A stretch of DNA of 64,000 nucleotides from Lingula anatina. Its lineage: Eukaryota > Animalia > Brachiopoda. Location of the stretch: NCBI GenBank assembly GCA_051362555.1, contig CM120646.1, positions 18,352,001 to 18,416,000 of the forward strand, written 5' to 3'. This document shows, one piece after another, positions 28,873 to 42,500 of the stretch. A program made the position numbers and the translations under genes. The notes under the pieces were generated by a model. It did no database searches. It saw only the letters and a program-made list of their open reading frames with translations, and was not told the DNA's origin. Positions within the stretch are counted from its first letter, which is position 1. Every line of letters begins with the position of its first letter.

Positions 28873-31017
28873 TATTGTGAACGCACCTGAGATGAAAGTT
28901 TGACTGAACACACTGTCAACTCTCTCTCTCTGACAGATATCCTAAAACCAAACAGAATTCAACATAACAAGATAAAGTTACTGAAGTCTGCATCAACAAC
29001 AGCATTCTTAGCCCAATGTGCGGGAGTTAAAATCAAGACTCCTTTGTAAACATTGTCAAATTTCTCTCTGAGCAAAATCCTGAAATCAAATAGAATTTAA
29101 CAACTGTCTTAAGAAACTATGACATTTGCAAAAGATGGCTGCATGACGATGGGAGGAACAAGCCAGTTTAGGAAAAAAGGGAAAAAAAACATGCAAGAAA
29201 CTAAGGTAGTTCATGCTGAGTGTGGTTAAAAAAAACTTCATTGATGGCAGGTTATATTAGAATATAAATGTCTCACCTGGGCCTTCTTGGTTTATCCCAG
29301 ACCCCAAAGCAAAAATTCTAAACCCTACGTAAGGCCCACCCCCCTTCAGGGGTACATAAATCTCACACAATAGCCTTTTCAAGCCACTCAATTCCCCTTG
29401 AAGGACCTATTGTAAAGGAATTGAGTGGAACTTGAAGTGCAAATATTACAAAAGAGGTGTGATCATTACACAGACAATACCGAACAATTGCTGTTAAATT
29501 TGCCACTGGAAGGGATTGCTGTGATCCTATTAGGTTTGAACTCAGATCTCTGCTGAGCAAATACGTCAATTATTTCAGATGAGATAAGACAGGTACAGGA
29601 GACTATTTGGATGTGCTCCAGCTGTTGGTCCTGATCAGTTATTTTTAACAAAAATACACTAGTTTTAACAATAAACTTTAATATTATTATTTCAGCTACT
29701 TAAGATATATATGTTAAAAACAAAAACAAGCATTCAGGCACAGTCAGCTCACGACTCCTATCTTCCAATTCAGTAGTAGCTAACATAAACTGATGTCTGC
29801 CATAACCCAGCTATTTCGAACAATAAAAACTGTTACCCCTCTCTCCCCACATTATATAAAATATAACATTAAATTTCATGCTTTACATTTGAATCTAACC
29901 TCCAATGCCATGCAATTAAGGTAACTTCCAATGCAAGTCAATTAGTCAATTCAATGACACATGGCTCAGAAACAAGATATCCCAAATAACATCTTGCAAC
30001 TATTTTAGGTTTAAATGTAACAAAAGGCAACAAACATACTTGATAAAATAAAAAAAAATTAAGCCAGATGTTTCACTGTTGATCACATACCTTCAATAAT
30101 GACTCTTTTTAATCCAGCATTACAACCAAATTGAAGTTTGGTTGATCTCGAAGTTTCTATAACAAGCTCCATATCATGTATGTGTCATCTTATATCACTT
30201 CAAACAGATACAAGCACATGCAGCTAGTCTAGAAATGAAACATCCCAATTGTATGGAATCAAATGAGCACATTAGCATTTACCCTCTGATCTTCAAAGTG
30301 AAACTTCCGAAATTGCAATGCATGCATTTCTACCAATTTTTCTTCTCAAGACATGAGCCTACGTTTCAAAAAAAAAAAAAAATTATCATGGAACCCAACA
30401 CCTAACCTTGACGAATTCAGGAACCATCAGAATTGAATTTAAAAACATGGAATTCCACTTTTCCGCAGAAAAAGCTCATGTCAGCTTTTCCCTCTTAAAC
30501 ATATGTTTGTCTAGTATTTTACTAAACCAATATCTATAACATGAAAAAAGAATCCCTCTTAGAAAGTTTACTTAATTGCACTAGTATGTCTTACAGGTGA
30601 AAGAAGTAAATAACTGGTATCTTCTGTCATCCTCCATAAAACTCATATTACTCTTGAGATTTTTGAAAACTTTTTTGACACAGACTTGGAAGTTTTTTCA
30701 ATTTCTTCATGCATGTACATTCCTTCCAGCTAACTAAAACATTGTGCCATTATTCATTATCAATGTATCTTTAACTTTTGCCCTACTTCTCTGAGATAAT
30801 TTTTTGTGAGTAATAATAATAATAGTAATAATAACAATAATAATAAAAAGATGGAATCTATAGATAATGACAGAATAATAAAAAAAAACATGGCTAAAAT
30901 TCCCACTCTTCCAACTGTACTAGGTAGTAACTGTTAAAAATGTATCAATTTACTAATTTGATACCAAATCTACATGCCTCAGCTCCTGCTGCAGAAGAAA
31001 GTAAAACCCATACATAC

Positions 31018-31130
31018 CTGTCATTACAATCATTCTCCTGGCGCAATCCTCTGTCGTCTTCTCTAGATACTTGGGCCGCAGTCACTGGAGAGTTCTAGAA
31101 ATGACAGGGAGGCAGGCTGTAAGATGATAT
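31018..31130 (-). other. Candidate 5'UTR exon (113 nt)
   Basis: tcttttttag|ATATC...ATGACAG|gtatgt; GC-richer than its flanks; stops in all three frames, with two ATGs near the 3' end. Confidence 0.5.
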
Positions 31131-34100
31131 CTAAAAAAGAAAATAATAATTGAATGAATTTTTAAAATTCTGTAGGACGGTATATCAGCTAGATACGAAA
31201 AAATTGATTTAATTGACAGACAGCACTGTGTATATTACTCAATGTAATTATTGTTTGGAAATAAAACATAAAATATTAGTACCAGTATAGCTCACAGTAT
31301 AACAGTAATAATCTATTTAAAAGAACAGTCCGAAGACTTATACTTCAAACAATACCACCTTTATTTTCAGTCTTCAGTCAAAAGCTACATCAAGGTACCA
31401 ACCCAGCATGTTAGATCATCATCACACACAGACTTTTATCCTCTCATTTTCATTAAATCTTATCTTACTCCACCAAAGTCTTCCATCCTTCTTTATCTTT
31501 CAAATTACCAAGACAACTCAGGTCAAATCAGACTGAGAAGCCAGCGTTACTAAGAAGGCTTAAAGCCTTCAGGGAAAACCACCGTGTGAATTACTTCCCT
31601 TAATGGTCCCATTACCCAACTGTTATTGATAAATATTTCAACAGAAAAAACGATTAAACCACAACAATCACACGTTTTGTTATACGTGGGCTGTAACCTG
31701 TGTGAAAAGTTCACAAAAGGTCCAGTAACCATTGATTCAGTCAGTCGTAGTGTGTGTGTGTGTGTGTGCGGCAGAAGCCTGACATTGTAAACGTTGACAA
31801 ATTGAAGCAAAATATTGACGCTGAATTAGATGCTGTTTGCTCCTCCCTCTGAACACATCAGAAATGAAGTATTCCACACTGGCGACACAGGGACTTGAAA
31901 AACATTGAACTGTTTTTTAGCATGTACACATTTAACCACAACAACAACCTTTACAGTAGTTAGTCAGAAAAAAGCATTATATAACTGTTTCTTCTAATAC
32001 ATGTACTTAAAAACTTTTTCCTTGTTTTTCCCTATTGCAGACCAATTAAGATGCAAAAATAGAAACAAAATACACATGTATGTATAAGACATCTTTTATG
32101 TGGTTTAATGACAATTTCTGACTTTCATTCACTTGTCTAGAGGAGGAAACCAATGATTTGGTAAGGGGTGAGAGGCTGCCAAAAACTCCACGCCCTCTCC
32201 CCTCACGGTGGTATGCCTGTATTACAACAACACCATAACGTCTCCAATAATATTGACTTTGTTCATAAGTCTATACTTAAACTTCCTCCTTATAAAAAAG
32301 ATAAATCTAATGGCTAAAAAGTGGAATTAAGAGAAATTGTTTACTTGTACTGGTTTTACTGGTTTTCACAGAAATGACTCGAGGTATGAATTTTCCTATT
32401 TATAGATCTACATAGAAATATAGGTTTAAGTTAAGATGACTCTGTGAAATTTAGCATCATGATTTCATTAAAGAAGAGATACAAAATTCTTAGTAGTCAG
32501 ACAATATATTAAGCAACATCTGCAGTCAAACATCTTATCATGGACATTAAACTCTATTAATCACCCCCCCCAAATAAAAAAAGCATAAAGTAGTGAGTTT
32601 TCTCAATTTTTTCCTAAGCACGTTGCACAAATGACTAATTTATTTCCTGACTCATTTCCAAAAACTTTTACACTCTATCATTTTTTTGTTAAATATTTTT
32701 AACAAATCAAAGCACATACCTGCCAAAAAAATCCAGTATATTTTATCTGTTAAGAATTGCAATTCTGATAGTAAAACTGTAGTGATTTTAAGCTGACACT
32801 GTGATGGCTGTCTCCTCTGTCTCAGCACACCTGTGAGGCTCCAGCTAGTACATGTACACCTGTGATCCAGTCCAAAATACTGAACTGGATATTAAGCCGG
32901 AAAGGCTTTTCAATCAAGGTCACATGGGATTTAGTGAAAACCTTATCTGTCTCTTCGCAGATCTGATGTCAATTACAGATAGCAGATCAATGCACGCTTT
33001 CTCTCATAAATTAGATCTCTTAAGAAAAGGACATTTACTGGGTATGCATGCAATTACAGTTATGTGAACTAGATTTCTTTGTTTGTTCTCTATCAATATG
33101 GATATCTTGTGTCTTAAAAATATCAACAGTCAGTGGCAGTAACACAGTAATGCTTATTCAATCAGTTAATGTTATGCTTCTTTGCAGATATTGCCTGTGT
33201 TCCATGAACAGCTTTTATTTTCATCCTCCCCCCCCCACCTCGCCCTAACTCCATATAATTAATCTGCAATCACGTGCAATCATAAACAAGCAAAGGCCAT
33301 GAAAAGGCAAAGAATAATAAAACACCATTAATTGTAAGGAAATTAAGCTCAGTAAAATTCTTTTCACATAGTACTGTACAGGTAAAAATATGTCACTTGA
33401 AAATTGTCAAGTACACCAGGTGGTTAAGTCTTTAGCATTTTTTTTATTTCAATTATGGTTAATTTAATAAAAGAAAGACAAATACAGATAAAATACAAAA
33501 TGATTAAAGTAATGAGTCATGAGAAGCAGAAATAACTTCATTTTCCAAAGTATATCCATTGATTTTGAGACAGAAAATCATTCAGAGTATGAAAATTTGG
33601 ATAAATGTCAATTTGTGTTTCCTTGCTATTTCTGATCTTGACATATAAGCAGTTTAGTGTGTAGTTTAATTCTCAGATTATCCAAAATACCAAATTCTAA
33701 TAAATCAACACTATGCCTTTTATAATATTGATGGGAGCTAGACAGTTGTGCAACTTAATAATATTTTAATAATTCAATCAAAGAATACACAAAATGTTTC
33801 ACAATTTACTAACGACCTTTGTTTCTAGACAGAGTAAATGATCAGCAACCAGTGATAATTACTGAGTACTTATTCTTTAAGTTTACCAATTTATTTCTTT
33901 TTTGATCATTTTAAGTCAGTTTCATTTAAATGTGGCTATTTCTGTCTCTTTTTCATTTAACTCACTGATATCAATTTCCTTCAGTTTACTATATGGGACA
34001 AAAGCCTCACAAGTTCCCAACAAATCCAAACATTTAAAACTGTCACCAATTCTTCTCACACAAAAATGATCAAAACTGAAACTAGCTGTAATAATCGCTG

Positions 34101-36400
34101 CGTGCCCCGTGTCCCACCTTTTCTATGTTTAATCATCCATAAGGTCTGTCACCTTGTTCATTGTGTATCAACACTGCTTTGATAACTGTCCACTTCAACC
34201 AGGCATTTGTTGACTTAACAGATGTGAAAATCTTTTGACTTATGCCGCAAATCAATAAATTTATCATTTGGCATTTTGCCAGGGGAGGTGCAATATAATG
34301 TTCAACAGAGAGCATCATATCAGACATTGTGATTTGAAGTTGTGATTTTAATGGAGAAAAATAACCAAATCATTCATTTTTGGTGAAGAGGAAACAGATT
34401 CATTTTTATGCTTTTTATTTTTCTAAACTGTATCCAGCTATTATGCATATCTATTACCCTTTTTGTGCTATTTTAATTTATCCCTACTATATAAATTACA
34501 TAACATATGCATGCATTGCACTTTTTGTCGCACTACATGCATACTATAAAATTTGGAAAAAATACTGACATCTCAGCTAGAAAATCTACTCTTAATCTTC
34601 TTGTCTTTTATAAATACACCTTCAATCTGCTATTATTTTAAGTTCACTTCTGTACATGTACAGTTAAGCATACTTTTGAAACTGCATACTGTTGAAATTC
34701 TGAAGTCCTTGTATAAATTTGAAAGTTTTGACAACCAACACTTAAAGAATGTTTGAAAAATGTTTCAATCTGGGATCAAATGCTTTAAAATCTACAAACA
34801 CCACTATCTGGGCAGCTCATTTATATCTTAGTCAAGTACGAGCAAATCAAACTTTGATGACCTCGTAGGCCACAATGAGATCAAGAGAAGTGAAAGCTTA
34901 CTAATTTTCAAATTTTTGTATATATTTGCAGTGGAATGCACCACTATTGCAAAAATCATTAAGAAAGCACAATTATATAGGAGATTAAGAAAATGTATGT
35001 GACATCTAAAATGTGATAACTGTTAAAAGGATATTATTGAAAGTGATAGACAGTGAGAAAAAAAGCAGGCAGATGGATGGACAGATAGACATATAAACGG
35101 GCAGTCAGACAATGACAGATGACCGACCAACTGGCTGACAGGCAGGCAGACAGACAGACAGACAGCGGACCGACCCATGGAAATCTCATTGAGACATGAT
35201 CACGCAGATGATCACCTCGATGTTGATGGACTGGCATTTCTTTGCTAATCCCCTAATCAGCTCTTCACTGGCTACAAATCTCCAACATGCCTCGGTTGCT
35301 TGGCGACACCGTGTAGTAAAAATACAGGGAACACCTGCAAGGTTACAAGCCACTGCGTATATATCTCTGGCAGACATCAAACTGAGGGAACAGCCACGGC
35401 AAGGATGTGAAAGACCCCTAGATGATGACATAACAAAACAGGTTCTCCAGCTAAAGTGAAGGACAAGGATTTGTGAGGATTACCTGTCTGAAATTTATTG
35501 AAAAGTTTTGGTGTACTAGGTTAAGGATTTCTTATAAAATGCATAATTTATTTTATCTTTGAGTGTGGAAAATGGAAAAAAAATATTTTAAAAAATAAAT
35601 TTATGTTTAATTTCATCATGAATGCTGAACAAAAGAAAGGTTATTTGGCTCAAACATTAAATAAGCAAATAAACCTCCATGTGTGACATTTTTGACAAAT
35701 GTCTGGGACTTACACCCACTATTTCAACAAGAATAATGTAACAGAAATTTTTTATAATTAACACAATATTTTTGTATAATTGGACTCTGCTTACTGGAAT
35801 ACCTGAGTACACTTTGCTTGTACAATTCAGTAAGTAGTGGTAGAAAGTATTTTAAAAATTAAATAGGAAGGAAAGAGCAAACAATAAGCCTTTACTAGCT
35901 TAACGTGTACCAAGGCATCTCAATCTTCACTAATGGTTCTGTCCCAAGAATTCTGTAAATGGGCATATAAATATGACTTCCCAATCCCTACACTCAGTCC
36001 CTAGAACTATACATCTGGGCACAGAATGACTCAATGCTTCATTTAAAGCAGATAACTTCATTCCCTTCCTCCTCAATAAGGCTGATAAAAGGCCCCTGGT
36101 TTTTCTTCATATAACTGCTCCTCTTGATAACATTATGACCTAGGTATCAAACAGTTTAATTCATGCTGTTGGAAATTAACTGGCTGAGAAAACAAAGCAG
36201 GCTACGGTGCTGGTGCTGGCAAAAGCAATTTCTAATCTTTTTTTTTTTCATCAAACTGTCATTCTGTTTTGCTCTTCTTAAGAATCTTTCCTACTTAATT
36301 TTTTTTCTCTTTGAGGTTACCTAGCTGTTATGCATAGTGCACTACTACAAGAGTTTCATATTTCATGTTTTTATAGCCATGCACAGTTTAATCTTAATCA

Positions 36401-36566
36401 AGCCTGTAGCCAGTGATTGTAAAGGGGGGGGGGGTCTGAAAAAGTTAACCTTTTACCATAAAACCTTTGTGTACCTATATGTAGATTAAATGTTTCTCAG
36501 AGCAAACCTTCATCTGTTAAAAAGGGGGTTCGTTTGAACCCCTGAATTCCCCTGGCTACAGACCTG
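36401..36566. mobile_element. Old MITE family B copy
   Basis: Inverted ends AGCCTGTAGCCAG ... CTGGCTACAGACCTG; homologous to 2297-2470 and more weakly to ~12993-13190. Confidence 0.6.
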
Positions 36567-39500
36567 CTAATATAAACTCTTTTTTAAATTATCTCTCATT
36601 ATCTTGAAATTTCTTTTTTTGGGTAAATATTATAATACTGAAGTACCTACTTTAACAAAATAGAATCACAATGACATTTAAATTTACCAGTGAGTACATG
36701 AACCCTTGTACATGTATGAGAAACAAAACAACTGCATTTCTGGTGACTCACTGGCATCAGAGAACATAGCATCTAATTTCATTATCTGGTAAGCAGAAGA
36801 ATGGTTTTCACAGTGTTCTTCTAGAAGAAAATTGATTTTTTTGTATCCTCTTTTAATCTTGATCAGCAAAGTGATGTGCAGGTCTACAATGCACAAATTA
36901 ATATGATTTTGTCTTGTCAGACAGCCTAAATTGTTAAAGGTATCATTAACATTACTACCAGAGTGTGAAGATGGCTGAAAATAAATGGAGAGAGAGAGAG
37001 GGGGCAGAAAAATGTGATTATGTCTCACGCTCATTATGAACTGATGAAAAATATTTGATTTGACTTGATATGATTTTAGTACTTTTAGCCCAGTTAATCC
37101 ATTGTAAAAAAAAAAGAAAAAAAAAGAAAAAATTCCCATGGGTCAAGCCAATTAAGACACAAATAGAGGGTCCAGTAAAAGACTAAAATATCAGTGTAAA
37201 TTTTGAAGATCAGCCATATTTAAATCTCTGCCTACACTATTAATCAATTGAAATAAATTCATATAAAAAGAAAAGTTTCACAAAAAAATTCATAAAATCT
37301 TGCAGGAGTTAAAGAACAGCCCTTTTTATTGTGTCTGTTGGAGGACCATCCATCTCTCCATAATGCAACACCACTGAAGTACAATGGTCCAATTATTGTA
37401 ATCAATCTTCTGACAGCGGTTCTCTTATTCACCACCATTACATGAGTCATGGACTCACGATATCAAGTTGCATTCAAATACTCACTCCACAATTGTCTCT
37501 TCACCAATTAGCAGGACTCGGGGAATGTCCAAATGCTCTATTAAACTATCTATTAGTTTAATGGAAGAAACAAGTTTCTAAAATTATATTTCAATCTGTT
37601 CTTACCTTTTAGCTTCTAGCTTATTCTGGAATTGAATATTTTCAGAAAACTGCCACATGCCTCGCTGATCTACGAGTTGTCGCATTATGTGAATGAATGA
37701 ATCAAGTTAGAATATGGCCCTTAGAAAGCTTTGCCTTTTCATAAATCTATAGATTTTTAAGAAATTCTATAATGATCCATAATACCATATTATACCATTT
37801 TCTGGACAGAAAATCCATGGAGATTTACAATTTTCTGTCTTTTCATAAATCTCATTAGGTAACACCAGGAAACTTAATAAGCAAATGACCTATGAAGCTA
37901 TTTTAATGTTTTGATTTCATATTTGTGGGGATGTGGGCTAAAGAATATATAAATTACTACACAAACAAATATATTTCTAAACTGCTGTTTTCAGGAAACA
38001 ATCTACAGCTTCATTAAATCACTAATTAATTAGGGGAAAACAGTATAAAGAGATATGTGGAACACTTAACCAGGCAACCTCCTCGAAAATTGATATTTTC
38101 AAAAAACACCTCAATGCAACATTAGGTTAGAGATTGTTTAACAGGGGAAATACTCTTAATGAGATCTGCAAAGAAAAGATGTCATAATTAACCATACCTG
38201 AAATGTTATTTTTCTATTAGCATCCATTGTTTGCCCTCACAATCAATCATTATTATGCTCCAGCTTGGAACATACACACCTGATAAAGATTACAAAAGCA
38301 AACACAATTTCCTTAAAATGTCCCAAACCAACGATCAATCTTCATCTTCTGCTTATTATTTCTCCCTGGCGTGACAAGAGGTGGTTTTCCGCTGTCACTT
38401 TATTGTCACCGTGTGTGTTTTCTGTGACTTTTTTGTGGACATTCATCATACTTAGGAATGGCTAATTAAAAATTCAATAAAATGAATAAAAGCTTTTATG
38501 TCCAATGATACATCATGATAAATGATTTGAGAACAAACAGCATGCAAGCACTTCCACAATTAAGACGACTTTTGTTTCAGAAGCATTTTATGGCTCACTT
38601 TTAATGGCGATGTATCTGCTCCTAAAATATGAATGCAAATGATATACATCTTATTTGATTTCACTTGTTAATTCTGTAGTTTTTCATTAGCTAATATCAT
38701 GTTTAATAAAATTTGTATCTTTTAGAGAATTATTGTTGAAAACCGTACAACTCTTAAAACATTCACAGCTTTTAGAATCTTGAAAGTCTATTTTCAATCA
38801 TGACTGCACAATTATCAGACTCAAAGTTCTTTAAAATTATGTTCAAATCTAAAAATAACTATTAAACATAGCATATCTGCATTTCCTAGTATGTATTAAT
38901 CAATTCATTTGATATTTTTAAAAAAATCTCCCTTTTATGCGCTAAATCACACGTTCATTGTTATTCTCTTCCCCTTCATAATAATATCCCTTAAATTGAA
39001 AATATTTATGACTAAAAATGTCCACCTTCAGATATATTCATTGTTTTTTTATCTCTTGAATATGATTTTCTACTAAAATGTTTAAACTCTATCTTCTTGT
39101 ACATATAATTGTTCACACAATTAAGCAGTGACCAACACAAATCAACTTTCCCTGGCTTAAACAGTTAAATGTACTTTAATGGCAGGCGAGTTTACAGTCA
39201 ACTTGGGACAACCTATCTCTGTATCCATCTCAGCATATCTCATGATCATCAGAAGCTCGACCACTACAGGAGACATCTATGTACTAGCAGCTATTCTAGT
39301 TTCACTCACCACAGGTGATATCTAATCCTTTAGTTATCCTGCTCATTGTAATTCACATAACTCAAGACTGCCTTTTAATGGTGAGGTTGCCATGGTTAGA
39401 TGACATGCTGACATCGGTCTAAGCTCTATCAACTCAATTTGACTGGAAACACGACTTACCGTACATTTATTGAATACCTTTAATATCATTCAGTCTGTAT

Positions 39501-42500
39501 TGCAGTGACTAATTAAGTTAAAGAGGCAAGTCCCTCTATTCTTCCATTTAATTAGAAGATTTTTAAATGAATAAAGGCTGCACTCAGGTGGAGCATAAAG
39601 ATAACAAATACAAAGCAATGGTTTTAATTGTGACAGATATATGCTAAAAGTCAATGATGTCTATGAATCACTGTCAAGTTATACTGGTTGCAACGTGCAA
39701 AAAGTGAATTTCCCAGTCTTGCACTAAAAGTATCAGAAGGAATGGGGAACTCTGACAAAACTTTAATATAAAGAACTTGTTTTTTTTTTTTTTTTTTTTT
39801 TTTTCAGAAAAAATAACCCACTCTACTTTAATGGTGGCACAAAATCAAGACTTACACAAACAAAAAACAACTACAGGTACAAAGTTTCTACCAGCTATAA
39901 TTAAAAAATTAGAAAGAGAAAGAGAAGACCAGGAAATTTCTAACTGCACTAGCATTTTTCTATCCCAATTTACCATACTTATTCTGGTTTACCTTGCCAC
40001 TGCCTCCCTCTCCCACCCACCCCACCACTAATGGTAAATGAAGAACGTGCAGCATGGACCTGGAGGACTGGGGTGTGTCTTTTTTACAAACTAAAGGATG
40101 AATAAATTATTTTGTTTTGGAAATGTGGCAGATGCTGATTCATGGAGAGAGGTTCTTTGGGGCTGCCAGGCGTCGCAAGACGTAGACCTAAATGATCTTT
40201 TTTTTTTTTAGTTCTGTATTGTACATATACATGTGTTATATGATGCATCCCCTCCACCCCCGGCCCAAAGCATAGCAATCCATCTCTATATTCCAAGTAT
40301 GTACTTACCTCTGAAGTATATACACCCAAATATATATCCCAAAAGTAAGCTTTGCTGGTATTTGGTCACCAGAACTCAGATTCACACAAAATATACATGC
40401 ATATATTGCCAACCAGTCCAAAATATTGTCAAAACCTGCAACTTACCTTGCTGTCCAAGTCCAATTCAATACTGTACTAGTCCCAGTGGTTCACTTATCC
40501 AGGATAATTCACTTTTCTCGATGAACAAGAGTCAGTATCTCCAGGGACATTTCGAATCAGTCATGTGCATAGTTTTAATGGTCATAAGTAGAGAAAATCC
40601 CTGTGAATTTACTGTCCTAGTCCAGGAAGCAGAGCACACTTCTTGATAAACAAGCCTGCGTATCTATACGACAAGCATTCAGATACAGCAGTGGAGTGGA
40701 AAAATGTCCCCGCTCCTAAATGCCGTCAAGTACAAAAACCACAACAGTATTATGTCAATGTTATTCCATCTTAAATGGAAAAGAATGAGAATAAAAAAAA
40801 TCCCACTTTGTCCTCAAAGAGCAGATTTAAGTAATTGTGAGCAAATGGGGACAAAGACAAGCAAATACAGGGATGTACTGTTAGAGGGTACGACATGTGG
40901 GTGCCTGCATGTGACATGAGCATTGTTTCAATGTGTCCATGTGTGCTGTCTCAGAGCACTTTTTTTTTCTTTTTGATAATGCATTTTTTCCTTTTATCCA
41001 ACTTGTGTTTTGGTGTAAATTCATATCATAAAGATATATAAAACAGCATAATTAAGTGTGACACTTTTGAAGAAAACAATTTTAGTCTTTGCTATATATG
41101 TAATACCACTTTTCACAAAACACTTTTTACACTTGGAGTTTTTCATCACAGCAATGTCTTAAATCATGATTTCTTTTTTCAATCACATTCATATTGTGAG
41201 CACCTCTTTACCAGAACATAATTCAGACCATCTTACCTTCCTTAATCAGTTTCGTGGCTGCTGTATCAGTAAAGCATGCTAAAATCTCTCTCTCCTTGTC
41301 ACAGTCAAGTGGCAAGCCAATCTACAGCAAAGATAGCTTAGCAACATGGCAATACCTGCTGATTGTATGAAGTTCTGTTTGCTTGTGCAGCAATACATGG
41401 TGATAATATGTATTTGTATATAACACCTTATAGCTTCTGTTGCCAATGACAGAAGAATGTAGGTGGGGGGGGGGGGGGAAGTAGGGCGTGGAGGAGGGCT
41501 GAGGGTAAGGAGTAGAGGATAATAATTTAAATGTATTATTTTTTTTGCCATCTTAAAATCTTTCATGAAATGTATTCTACCATTCAAATAAATGCATATC
41601 ATGCATGCACGCATGAACGCACAGTCAAAGCACGGCATTCATAGACACTATACACATGTGCACGCATACACAAACACACACATACACACACACACACACA
41701 CACACTATAAAGTAACTTGGCATAAGTGTTTTCTTATCAGGGAAATGATTGTAGCAGAGTTTGCTGAAATTAAACAAGTAACCCTGCACTATCAGCACCA
41801 GTCACTGAAAACAGCACAGGCATGTTTTCAAATAATAGAAGTCTCTGGAAATCTCTGAAACTCAGGCTGGAGCAGCCAGTCAAATACACTATGTGTGTGA
41901 TTGTTCTCAAATCACTGCAATTCACATTCTCTCACACACATTGTCAGTGTCCAAACACATCCCAGGGAGGTCACCACTTGTGTTTTGGCCAGAGGCAATG
42001 CTATTCATTGATTCTTGTTAATTTTTTATGTCAATATAAAGAGAGTCAATTTTGATAGGTATAAGCATGTTTGCATAATGACCAATACCAAGTTTACTAA
42101 TAAGTCAATTAATTTTTTCATTATTTTCAGTTGTTTTCATTACACATCCAAGACAATATTAACAATGCAACCTGAGACTGAAAGTTGGTCCAAATTTTAT
42201 ACCTAAAAATTACTTCATGTCAAGATTAATCCCTAAAAGTCATCCACTAAAATTAACAAATTGCTCTAAAACATTATTTCTTTCTTTTTATGAGACAGGT
42301 GCAATATCTTATTAAGTGGATGACTAACGGTCTATATTACCTCACATATGATTTCAAAAAACTTAGTCTAAAAGCATAGACCATGAATTTTCAGTCTTAC
42401 ATAAGTTTTCTTTTGAAATATCGCACTAATTAAATAATGTTCCACAAACCACTTTTGTAAATATACAAAATATCAGTTATCACACTTTCATGTTTAGGCA

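Noticed and set aside
29520-29570. B-box-like GAGTTCAAACC on the minus strand (tRNA or SINE?)
   Set aside because: No A-box or cloverleaf could be built.
35186-35459. Overlapping 81-87-aa ORFs on both strands in a GC-richer island
   Set aside because: No recognisable domain or compatible splice partners; treated as non-coding.
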